From positions 311,427 to 375,426 of the forward strand of contig WELB01000016.1 of the NCBI GenBank assembly GCA_009602725.1: 64,000 bases of DNA, given 5' to 3'. Made by a program: the position numbers and the translations under genes. Positions 38,812 to 50,355 of this stretch are shown piece after piece (the stretch's first letter is position 1; every line of letters begins with the position of its first letter). The DNA comes from Spirogloea muscicola (lineage: Eukaryota). The notes beneath the pieces were generated by a model. That model was given only the letters and a program-made list of their open reading frames with translations, was not told the origin of the DNA and did not search any database.

Positions 38812-41382
38812 CTACACGTACAGCCGATGCTGCTGTATATACTCGAGAACCATGTCTGGAATGAGGTACTTGACAGATTGGCCCCTGGCAATGCACCGCC
38901 TGTTGTAACACAATTCTTGTCAGCTTGTTGGACCCTCTTCAGTATGTGTTAAGCTGCACAAAATGTTCTATCTGGAAACAGCCTTTTACAACCCATACAA
39001 AGACTGTCTATCAATATGCATCTTGATTGCTGTGCTTGTCCAACAAATATGATGCCTATCACTCGAAGTCTCCGGCATTTGCGCTGAATGGCTTGGATAT
39101 GTCGACCTGACAGCCGTGGAGCTGATGTTATTTGTAACCCACTCGTCCACAATCCTGATATTGTCCTGCTCAGATATAACCAACCAGCACAATGTCTGAG
39201 GAAAGTACACATATAAATATCAATCAACGTTCATAAGCCACATGCAGTGCCATGTAAGTAAGACATTCACAACCTCACTGCTCGAAGGACAGCTGCATGT
39301 GGCTACAACTTGACTCTTCGGCAACCCACTGACAGTGCTTTCATTAAGCTCGTGCTGGTCAGATGCTCAGCTTAGCAACAACACCGGCATCTTGCAAAAT
39401 TACTTGGGCAATTCTCTATGTGAACCATGATTTCAGGTAGTCCTGGCTAGACCAAGTTCGACCACCACGCCTGCTCACCCTGTTCTCGTAGAGGGCGTCG
39501 TTCTCGTTGACAAGCTTTCGTGCATGACTGCCTTCGCGAGTGATGCAGACAATGCCAAATTCTGAACAGATTGCTCTCACCTGCAGCACAGCAACAGACA
39601 ATAATTGACACTACATGACTATGCTTCCAGCTGCTATCTAGCCTTACTCGATGCTCAATAGCAACAACATTCCTGCAAGCCTCTACAGCTGCTTACATTT
39701 CAAGGTTCCACGACATGTCCCTCCTATGGCCTCCTGACCAGCAGAGCAAAACCTGACGGAAGCTTTGACTCCCCAATTCAGTGCAGTGCACCATGGCCGT
39801 AGACCAAAAAGCCCTTTCTCTTTAAGGCATGCATGCAGGGCCCACCTGGTCTGCCAGCCACACGCCCGGCGTGCTCATGGATGCCAGCAGATCTGCTCCA
39901 CAGAGCAGGAGCACCCCAACCTTCTCTGGACCTCAACTTGCCAGGGAAGCAAAAGTCAGGTAAAATGGGCTGCTTGGCACAATGTACTGGTAGATCCCAG
40001 CCTAAACAGCCCTGATCGCTGGCACTACGTTCATGGCTCAAGCTCCTGAGTTACTAGATCCTGCGTAACCATTCCACGTATGTGCAGATGTTAGTCATCA
40101 ACTCTTCAAGGCCCCTTTTTGTTTTAGTGCTTGAAGGAACCGTGATCTCGCCGCACTTTCACCTTCCAGCACAAGACTGGCACTCACTGCCTGCCTCACA
40201 TACGTGCAGACTCCTGTTATAAGACGTTCTTGGAGGGCCCTCCGATTATTGGATATTGCTTCTGCTTTGAGGAGCTGTGCTGAGGCTCGTTGCCACACCT
40301 TGACCTTCCACAAAGGTGGCATTCACTGCCTGCCTCAGGCGCTGCAGGACGTGCAGGGTCCTTTGGTAGGTCGCTTGACTTGCCTGAACACACAAACAAG
40401 GCAATCAGCACAATTGAATTGATCTTTCCCTGGCAATCATCATTGTCAAAGGGTGTGACCGCAATCTACCCTAACAATCTAAGTCAACACTGGCAGCCGG
40501 CAAAGAGTGCATGTTGGCAGCTCCGTAGCACTCCTACCCACCTCCCAAGAGTCCACCATGAGATATGGACTGCCTGCTGCGGCGAGCTGGCACATTTGGA
40601 TACGATGTGGAGCGGCTGTCAACTCCTGCATTCACCCCAGAATTGCACGCATTAATGCCTCAACCGGATTCGAACACACACAATGTACAAGCAGGGCTTT
40701 GCCGCAACTCGGATACATGAAGAGCTGAGCATGCTTCTCCTCTGAGCGGCCGTCCAAAGAACCTAGACGCAGGGTGGGCCTCTCCCTGGACAAAGACTGA
40801 TGATGCATATAGGCCACACCTTCTTGCCATAGTGATCGTTCACGGGAGACATGTATGCCCCCATGACCTCACAATTGCTGGAGGCCAGCGAATCTTTGGC
40901 CAGCTCTGATGGACAAGCACCGACGCGTCACGTCATCATTGCATCATCATAAGAACTCAGCCTGCCCTTTATTTTACAATAGCTACCATCAACATGAATA
41001 CCTATCAGCAGTGATGTAGTAGTGGTGACATCCTGCTCCCCATACTTCATCATTGAAAAGAGCATAGCTTGCAAACGTGCAGCTGTAAGGAACTGTGCTG
41101 AGGAGCTTGCCAAACATGCGGAGGTGCGCATGAGTTGGTGGATTGAAGCTTCCAGTTGCAACCAGCACGAGCTGGCGGTGCTGCCTGCCATGCGGAGTGT
41201 AACAGACAGGGTCTGCCAATGGAGTCATACTCGGACAGAGCTAGCAGTGCGCACTCTCCAGTGGGGTCTCAATGGGTGCTTGCCGGGTGCTCACGGGTGC
41301 TTGCCAGACATGGACAGGGGCAGTCCTTGCTCGTGCAGGTGCAGAGCGAGCTTGTCCACAGGGAGCGCAGCCTCGTTCAACC
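38812..41382 (-). CDS. NMNAT: Nicotinamide/nicotinate mononucleotide adenylyltransferase (NMNAT) coding exons; no in-frame ATG in the first of these exons
   Basis: Exons encode [45 protein letters not shown]|..[102 protein letters not shown]. Confidence 0.94.
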
Positions 41383-41582
41383 CTGCTTCAATCAAACGAT
41401 AGAACAATCATGAAAAGGTGACAGAGCAATGTCTTTAGAGCTGCGGAAACCTCTGCCTAAGTCAGAGGTTGGGAGGACATAAGGCAAGATCACATATACA
41501 GAGGACTATGAGCCTGGCAGATGCAGCGCTTCCTGTATGGCTTCAAGAAGGAGCTGCAGGTACAAAGCGAAGGTTTGCTCAC

Positions 41583-43184
41583 TCAGTGGCTCTTGAACCG
41601 GAGAGTCATCCGGCGAGAGAATGGAGCGCACAGTGACAGGGAGCCCGGCCTCCACCATCGGTGCCTCTCCCTCCATGGAAGTATCGTCCAGCTCTGCACC
41701 GCCATCTGGCAGGGAAGTCCGGAGGTCCGCATGCTGCTCGTGCTTGCTGCGAAAGTACCTGCAGGAATGGCGGCGAGATTGTCTGCCTGAGAGCCGGCAA
41801 CACCTCTGCCAACCCACAATCTCCCGAGCGAACCAGGAGCCATGCACTTGTAACACGAATGCTGACGCTGAGGCGAAGCTGCAATTTGGGTCCAGGCACC
41901 AGTCCGAGGTTGGCATCAGGGGGGCAGCGCACGGCGAGTTCTCAAAGCTATCATGGCAGCTCTGCAGCAGACTCAAAAAGGGGTGCGGCAGCCTCTTGGG
42001 GATTGAAGATGCCCATAGAAGACTCAGACAACGTGAATGGCTTAGACGACAGCGAGACTTGTTTTGATTTAGGAGTAGGCATGAACTCTCCCTTAGAAGT
42101 GTCCTGTGTCTGCAACTCAACTTGGCCAAGTCACGTCCTATAGTTCTGATTTGCCGGCCAGCTCACCTTGCCGGGCTCTGGGAGGTCAGCGGACTTAAAG
42201 ATCAGGCGTCACGAACACCACCAATTCTTCGTCGCTCTAACTGCGTTGCCAGCAGTGTTCACAACGGCGCCCGAGTGGGGTGGCGGGGGCGGGCGGTCAC
42301 CTGTCCAGGTGCTCAAAGACGAGCCACTGGAAGTGGGGGGGCAGCTGCTGCTTCTTGGCGCCGGACTTGCGCGCCGCGCCGTCCATGGTCCAGTACGCGT
42401 CCGGGCTGCCGCAGCGGCGGTTGAAGTCCACGATGGCCTTGTAGCTGCGCGTCATGTTGTCCCACTTGCGCCGGCAGTTCTCGGCGTCGCGCAGCGGCCC
42501 CCCGCCGCCGCTCACCGCCTCGGCGATCAGCCGCCACACCTGGCTGGCGTTGCGCGCGCCGCCGCCGTCGCGGCGGTCACGCCGCGCCTGCTCCCGCCGC
42601 TTCGCCTCAATCAGCGCCACCGTCTCCTTGGTGGACCACAGCGCGCCGCGCCCGAAGTTGCGCTGCTTGGGCCTGCCGCGTCCGCCGCCTCTGCCGCCAC
42701 CACCGCAGCTGTCGCCATCGCCGCCGCCGCCGCCGCCGCTGTTGCCGCCGCCGCCACCGCCGCCGTTGCCGTCGTCGTCCTCCCTGGTCTCCCCCGCCTC
42801 TTCCTCATGGCTGGCACAGCCCCGGTCCGGTGGCGCCTGCCCATCGCCCGCGTCGCTTCCATCTCCGCCGCCTCCGCCGCCGCCGCCGTTAGCGGCACGC
42901 GCCGGAGACGGCGGCGGCGGCTGCGGCGGCGGCGNNNNNNNNNNNNNNNNNNNNNNNNNNNNNNNNNNNNNNNNNNNNNNNNNNNNNNNNNNNNNNNNNN
43001 NNNNNNNNNNNNNNNNNNNNNNNNNNNNNNNNNNNNNNNNNNNNNNNNNNNNNNNNNNNNNNNNNNNNNNNNNNNNNNNNNNNNNNNNNNNNNNNNNNNN
43101 NNNNNNNNNNNNNNNNNNNNNNNNNNNNNNNNNNNNNNNNNNNNNNNNNNNNNCCGCCGCCGCTGCAGCCAGCCCCACGCTGCA

Positions 43185-43218
<34 letters not shown>

Positions 43219-43259
43219 CGGCGTCGGGCCTCCCCCTTTCCCCCCTCCTCCCTATCCAT
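41583..43259 (-). CDS. Trihelix (GT/Myb-SANT-like) DNA-binding domain exon plus acidic linker exon; probably the N-terminal part of the NMNAT gene. Start lies in or beyond the N-gap.
   Basis: The exon encodes WSTKETVALIEAKR..VWRLIAEAV..RDAENCRRKWDNMTRSYKAIVDF..YWTMDGAARK..LPPHF (42301-42640), with the trihelix Trp/Cys pattern. The linker exon is 41583-41758. Confidence 0.8.
42935..43153. other. Assembly gap (N run) within GC-rich (GCC)n sequence
   Basis: Run of Ns. Confidence 0.99.
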
Positions 43260-43556
43260 CCTCCTCGTCCGAGCTCCGTTTCATGGAGCGAGCCATGCAG
43301 CCGCCAGACGGCAGCTCCTCGCTGAGCTGGGGCCCCCGTGGGGCTGTGGCCGCCTTCCAGACCGCCCACGCTGCTCTCCCATCTCTTTTCCCTCTGCTTT
43401 ACCCCTCTGGCCGATGATTACACAACCATATTTGCTACTCTTGACGGGCTGCTGGCCCGGCTGACGACACGATCATCACCAAGATCTATGAGGCCTCCTT
43501 GCTCTCCATCCTACCCAATTGCCCCGATGCTCTTCTGTCTGGCAGCACGGCGGGGA

Positions 43557-43658
43557 GCCGATGACGACACCCCTTGTAGGATGTGCGTGTCAGAGGAGCT
43601 CTTGCTTGCTTGCGGGGGCTGTGACTGTTACATCCATCAGTCTTCAATCCGAGGCTGA
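43557..43658 (+). pseudogene. Possible decayed PHD-finger fragment
   Basis: The frame reads DDDTPCRMCVSEELLLACGGCDCYIH, resembling the first half of C-x2-C..LLLC-x2-C..H; it stops before the remaining ligands. Confidence 0.35.
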
Positions 43659-44303
43659 CCCGCCCTGCTACCTCGGCCCCCGGCACTACCGCTCACTGAG
43701 ACGCCTGTAGGTGCATGCACGCCTCCCTAAGTGCCATCACAAGAAGTCGCTGCTGCAGACAGTCGCCCCCCTGGCCCGCACAAACGTCTCAAGAACCCCT
43801 AGTCTTATACTTGTTATGCCGCATGGGTGGCCAAACGCCAGTGATGAGACTGCTTATATCGATGTGTGTCAGCTGAGGTCCTCCAAGCAGGGGGCTACTG
43901 ACGACATACCAAATAATCTTCTCTCTGAGGTGCCAGCCAAGCTCCGCTGGACCAAAGTCCATGCCGCCATCAGCATGGCGACACAATTGCCCAATCTAGA
44001 GAAAATAAATCCATGGCGAGTTGCTGATAAGAAGCGTAGTATTCCTGGGCAACCTTTGAACCTGACATGCTGATGCGCCATGGCCATTCTGCACTATGTC
44101 CAGGGTGAACCTCCTCTTAGATACTTCCTTAAAATAGCTAAATTAGCAGACGTAATTAAGAGTGTGATAGACCACTCGCTCAACAATGTACAGCTCCTCT
44201 GCAATTGCCTTCTCCGCAACGCAACCTCCGGTCACACGTTCGTTCTCTACTGGCCTCAGGCTCCACCTGTATCAGGCGTTGGGACACACTTTGACTCAGG
44301 GCA

Positions 44304-46860
44304 TCATTCACCGAAGTCAACAATGGCCCGTCCCAGGATCTGTCCCTGATCCAGTGCCTGATATGTCTCAGCAGCCTCCTCCAAACGCCGCGCCTGACTC
44401 ACGGCTGCTGCCACATCGAGGAGGCCGCTTTCGACAAGCCCCAACAGAACAGGAAGGTCAGATCTTGCTCGTGCTCCATAGGATCCCAAGATCTGAATCT
44501 GCCACAGTGCAAATGCATTTCTCAAGGTTGGAGGTCCACATGACAGCATTCTGCAGCAGCAATATAAGAAGTTCTCAAGCAGCGAAATACAACATGTGAG
44601 ATGGCATCCATTTCTGTCTCAGTGGCTGGCCAATCTGCTGGAATATTGACCTAAAGCAGAAGCAACCAACCTTTCTGCGGACTATCCGCGCAATCTCAAC
44701 CTCCGCCGTGACGCCAACGGGCGCGATGCCAACCATCACAGCTTTGCCCCCATCCCGCACTGCAGCAACCGCCTGCATGAATGTGTTTTTCCTCCCAAGG
44801 GCTTCAACGGCTATGTCAACACCAAAGCCACCTGTAATCTCCTGCATTCAATACCAACCACCCATGTGCTCCATTACCATTGGCCCTTGTGCGAGCATAG
44901 CTGGAGTAGGGCTGCGCTCATACAATCCAAGTGAAATGTCAGAGGAGAAGCTGGTGCAAGCCATAACCATATCCACACCTTGATCCTCTGAACGACGTCT
45001 TCCTCCATGGCATTGATGACGTGACTCGCCCCCAGGTCCTTGGCCTTCTCAAGCTTGGCGCCATCAATGTCTACCGCAATTATTGTGTGGCCGCCGAACG
45101 CCCGCGCCATCTGCAAGCAGCTGGCAAGCAGAGCACAACAGTAATATGAGGCCATGGGCATCGAGCAAGGCCTGTGTGACAGTGTCCTAAACCAGTCCTT
45201 TTGCTTGGTTGAGGGCGGCAAGCATAGTCTGCTGAAGAAGTTTTTCACCTTGATCCAATGCCACCAGCCCCAATAACTGCAACGGAGTCACCGGCCCGCA
45301 TGTCGGCAGCATTCCGCATGGCTCCGTAGGCCGTGAAGAAGGCGCACCCAAGGATCGCTGACTCTGCATACGGCAAGCTCTGTGGGAGGGCTGCCACCGC
45401 AGTTGCAGGGACTACGCAGTACTCCGCCAAGCCACCCATGCTGTACATGGAAATTGGGGCCCCTGGCCCCAACACAGCATGAGAGTGTCACCAATTTCCG
45501 CCAAGATTCATATTCCTGCAAAAGAGAGTCCCCATTTGGCAAGTCTGCTGGATAGACTGCATGCTGAAGGACTTGGACAGGTATTGCCTTGGGCAAGCAA
45601 TCCTTAGCGAGCGCTTGACGTGCAGCACATTAAGGACAATGTTGGGTCATGAGCCTGCTGCACAGACAAGGAAGGGGCTGACTGGTCAATTCAAGAGCAC
45701 CATCCCTCTGCATCACCCTGTCTCACCACTGTCGGCAAGAAAAAGACGCGTCTCTCCATCGTACAGAGTCCCCTTGCCTCTGTTGTACGCAAAGAAGGTC
45801 TCACAGAGGTCCTCATTGCCCTGCAATTGTTGTATACGTCAACTTGGCAGCGGGGCAGAGCACTATTCAATTGCTAAAGCACTACAGCTGGGGCAACATC
45901 ACTTTCAGGCCACCATACAAAAACTCCCATACAATTTGGTCTTGAGAATAGCCTGCATAATGCCACCCCATTGGTGACCAGCTAGCTGGGAGGGATTTAG
46001 GCAACTCTTAGTCAGCTTACTTTTGTGCAAAAGAAGCAGCCACCACAGGGCATAATGAAGGCGCCCACTGCACGTGAGCCAAGTGGCAGCCTGCCCTCCA
46101 GCCAGACACATTGACAAATCAATTTCTCGTTGTGAGATGGGCAAGAAGCTCGCTTGGTGGTGGTCAGGTGGCCTACCCTGCAGGGTGGAAGGTAGCAGTG
46201 ACAATGCATACTCAAACGTCGCCTATGACCAATCACTAGCTAGCAAGGACTCGCCTGCGAGCAGTCCCAGGATCTGTGCTGGGTCCGAGCTCAACGACCT
46301 CGCCGCTGACCTCGTGGCCGAGCACACAGGGCACCGGGAAGGGCTGCTCTGACTTGATAACGTGCAGGTCGGTGTGGCACACCCCACAGGCTGCACGGCA
46401 AAAAATACCAAACAAATATCACCAGAAAGCAGTAACAATTTGAGAACTCACAAAAGCAGATACTCGAGATGACGGCTGGCAATTCTGCTGTAGCCGGGCC
46501 CAGTGAACGCTTTTTCAAGCGGAGGCTACCTCGCGTCAGAGGCGCACCTCGGCACCGCATTCTGCGTCGGGGCCCATTAATTGCGTAGGTCCCTCAGCTC
46601 AGTGCGTCAAGGAGGATTCGGCACTCTAAGTGAGCTCACCCCTGGTTTTGAGCAGGACCTCGCCGGCCTTGGGCCGCGGCATGCGAAGCCGCTCCACCTC
46701 CATCGGCCGGCCCGCCTCCCGCAGCACCGCGGCCAGCATCGTGCTCGGCCCGCCACCGACGTGGTAGCCAGCGCCGCCTGCTGTGGCGAGCGCGGCGGCG
46801 CTGCCCGCCCTGGCCATCCCCGCGGCCGTCGCCACNGGCGCCCGCCGGCGGCGGCGCCAT
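44304..46860 (-). CDS. Zinc-dependent medium-chain dehydrogenase/reductase (GroES-like ADH; resembles Arabidopsis At5g63620-type), multi-exon
   Basis: Exons encode CGVCHTDLHV..VLGHEVSGEVVE, the structural Zn site IMPCGGCFFC..EDLC, ESAILGCAFFTAYGA..VAVIGAGGIG, GVDIAVEALG..GGKAVMVG and ILGSYGARAR..ILGRAIV. Start is ATG 46860 or 46817; an N lies between them. Confidence 0.92.
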
Positions 46861-47019
46861 GGCCGCTTAGCCGACGGCCTGTGCTGACAGTGGAACCAGA
46901 CAAGCCAAGTGCCGTCGGCGGTTGCAGCCGAGACGATGCCCCGCCGTTGAAAGTGAGCTGCCACTCCCTGCCCCTGGGTTCCGAGTCGCCGTGTGCTTCA
47001 GCGCATGTCTGCCTTCGCA

Positions 47020-47350
47020 CTTCGTTCATTCCTCTTCTGGGCTGGCGAATCACAGCCATCAGTCTCTACTGGAATCGATCCCCCTTTTCCGCCCTCTACT
47101 CCACGCTATCTGCACCTGCTGACTAAAGCTTATTGAGCGTCCACTTGCAGAAGTGCCGTAGAGAGTCTCGTAGTCTGGCGCCTTTCGGCCCTTGCAGACA
47201 TTGTTCTTTCCTTGGAAGCCTTGCTGGCCTCTCACAGCCATTGCCGTACATTGGGAGAGCTGTTTCCTTCCACTCTTGTCCCCGAGAGATCCGTGTCCAT
47301 TCTTTTGGAGCTGGCGGCCTTGTATAGCCCTTGCCCCGTTTGGAAGAGCT
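47020..47350 (+). repeat. Degenerate copies of the modular repeat upstream of the ADH-like gene
   Basis: Copies read gggctggcgaatcacagcc (~47039), gctggcctctcacagccattgccgtacattgggagagc (~47223) and gtccattcttttggagctggc..tagcccttgccccgtttgg (~47295). Confidence 0.75.
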
Positions 47351-48175
47351 TACTATTCATCTGTGGCAACGATCAGAGGTCTTACAAGAGGTGCCCCATC
47401 ACAACACTGTGTCCACCTCAAGGAGCTCAACACCGGAGCTCTAATGCAATCTAGACAGACCCTGGTATGTTTGCATCCGAGATTTACGATCCTAGTTGTC
47501 ATAATTACTCAATATATCCTGTTGGCACTCGGTAATAGCTGCGTTCCATGTCTTCAAGGTCACATGCTCCTCGCTTGGTAGTCTTTGACAATTTTGCTGA
47601 GTGGCTCATCACATTCCGCCTGTACAGAGCACTGCCTGTGACAAGTAACTTGTACGGTTCTCTGCCACCAACATGCATGCTTCAAGGGTGCGATATGCCG
47701 TCGCAAAATGGGGGTGAACCAAGAAATCGATATTGCCAGCTTGTGAGCAGCACTGGCCTGTCCATGCTGAGAAGCCTCAGGGTGGAGGAGTGTGCACCAC
47801 TTGCAAGCATGGCGTAAAAGTAACACCGACGTTTCAGAGCCCTTAGGGAGGCGAAAGAAGTCTAGGAGGACCGGAGGCCAGAAGGCAAAGAGATACACCG
47901 AAGCAGAGCACCTGCTATGTACAATGTGCCTGCATTAGCCCTGAACTCTGTATTCTGAAATCTGATGACTAAACTCCTCAAAACTGAACCCCTCAACTCT
48001 GAATCTGACTTGTGTGTTGACACTGGACTCTGAAACTGGCAAGTGCCTGTGGCCGGTGCTCAGTGGGCATCAGACGGGAGCCGCCAACAGAAGCTGACAG
48101 CAAGAACACAGATGCGCACATTGAGCACTGAGGGCATCGATACTGGCGCATGCCAGATCTAGCAACAATTACAAA

Positions 48176-50355
48176 CTAAGGAGGCTCTTGATGTGGCAGC
48201 GGGGATTGCGGTGGCCGCAGCTGCGGCCACTGGCCAAGGTCGTCGGCGTCGCCGTCAGAGCCCGGCTGGCCTGCAGCGAGCTCGCAAAACGTTCCCACAC
48301 CAACAAGCTGATCTGCTGCCACCTCGCAAGTCTTGCGGGCCTCGTCCTCGCCCGGCACCTTGCCCCCACCCGGCGCCTCACCCTGGCCCGGCGCCTCGCC
48401 TCTGGCCGGGGCCTCGTTCGGACCTGGCGTTTCACCAGGCTGCACAACGTGCTGATCCTGGCCAGCATCCAAGAATCCCTTACGCTCGTCAGCAACTAAC
48501 CTAGTGATAACCTGACCTTGGCCAGATCCATGTCTACGGCCTACCTCCACACGCACATTGCAAATTTCCTAAGGGAGAGGAGATCGAAGAAGGAAAATTG
48601 ACCTGCACTGCCAGCACTTCTGGAACTGGCTGGTAGCCCCACTGCCCGTACTGTTGCTGGCCGCCACCACTGCCGAAATGCGCACCAGCCACCTGCGCCT
48701 GTGGCAGCAGATGGTATGGTGGCGGAATCGGCAGTGGAGGGTGGTGAGCCGCCTGCAGGAGGGCTCCACCTTCTGCCTCCGACATGGTGCGCCCACCAGA
48801 GACGTAATTGTTGCCGGCGCTGCCTTCTGGGTCGTCAATCTGGCTCGGCTGCGTCGCCGACGGTGGGTAGCCTAGCAAGTAAGCTCCATAGCCCCGATAT
48901 GCTGCAGCTGCAGCAGCCGCCGCAGCCGCTGCAGCTGCCGCTGCTGCCTGCTGGTGGTGGTGATGGTGGTGCGCTGCCGCAGCTGCCTGCTGGCCACTGG
49001 CAGCAGGCGGAGGCGGAGGGGGTGGCACCAGCGAGTAGCCCGGCGGCAGCACAGGGGGATACAAGGCAAACGGCCGCTCGACTGCACCTGATGGCCTGCC
49101 GCCGAGGCCCGGTGGCAGCACTTGTGCACCAAAGCACAGAGGTGGCGCAGTGAACATGGCCGGGTGGTGATAAGCTTGATGCAGGTGTGGCAGAATGGGG
49201 GAGTGGCCTGGCGGCAATGGCTGCTGCTGCGGCACTGGATATGCCATCGACCTGTTGCCAGAGAGCTTCCGGGCTTCGTGCGGCAACAGAGGCAGCTCGA
49301 ACATCGGCGGCCGGGAGCTACTGCCGTCGGGCAGCTGGCTGCGCTGCAGTGACGCAGCTGAGGGCTCCTGCAGGGCATCGCTGTGGCCAGCTGACGAGGC
49401 CGGCACGTCACACTGCGGCAGGCCATAAGCAGGATAGGGCGGTGGTGGCGGCTGCAGCGGCAGCTGTGGGTATGCCGAGGCCTCGGCACTGGCGGTGGCG
49501 GCCATCCAGGCAAGCATGCTGCGGACGCGCTCCTGCAGCTTCTCCTGCAGCTGCTCTGACTCGCTCTTGAGAGCTGCCCGCTCCTCCCTCAGCTCCAGCT
49601 TCTCATGCGACAGCTGGAATGAGCACAAGGACATCAGAAGGCGAATGGCCAGTCAGCGGCAGCTTAAGCCGTCCTGGCAGTCAGGCAGGAGGAGTGCGGG
49701 ATGAAGGCAGAGGGGGTTTCAAATGGTGGGCAGCCGAACCTCTTTGGACTCGGTCAGCAACGCAGCGTGCTCGCAGCGCAGGCGCTTGACCTCCTCCCGA
49801 AGGTCTCGTACGGCTGCCACACTGTCCCCCAGGATTGTGGCCTTGTCGTTCTTTGGGCGGTCTGGATCTGCACCTAGAAAGCACCGTGCAATCAGGAGAC
49901 TGGCGGCAGGCAGAAGCTTGATACTGTGGGTGAAGCAGCCTAGCTAAGGCTGCCTCTGCACACCACTCACCTAGCATGCTTGCGAGCTCCTCGAACTGCT
50001 CATTCAGCTTGTCGCGCCGTAATTTCTCACGGTCCGCCTTGTGTACCTTGCGCATGGACACGGGGGGCTCCACCTTGGTCACCTTGTGCTGGAGGCCACC
50101 GTCGCCACTGCCGCCGCCGCTACCGCCACCGAGGCTGCTCCAACCAAGGTAGAGCTCATGTGAGCCCACTCACTCAGCAAATGCTGAAGTGGGGCATGGA
50201 CCTGTACTAAGCTAAGCTACGGACGGAGGTGATGAGAAGGGCAGTGGCAGGCCCTACCTGGTGATTGCTGTTCCTGTGCCACCTTCAGACGGCTGCCCAC
50301 CGGCGCCTGCCAGGCCCACAATGTCTGCCTGGCCCGGTAGCCCTCGCAGCAGCAT
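48176..50355 (-). CDS. bHLH subgroup IVb transcription factor (bHLH121/URI- or bHLH11-like); both termini uncertain
   Basis: Exons encode RKVHKADREKLRRDKLNEQFEELASML|DPDRPKNDKATILGD..LREEVKRLRCEHAALLTESKE|LSHEKLELREERAALKSE..RSMLAW, the IVb bHLH-ZIP signature, followed by a Pro/Ala/His-rich tail. The unspliced frame stops at 48534; a further exon to 48176 is possible. Confidence 0.85.
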
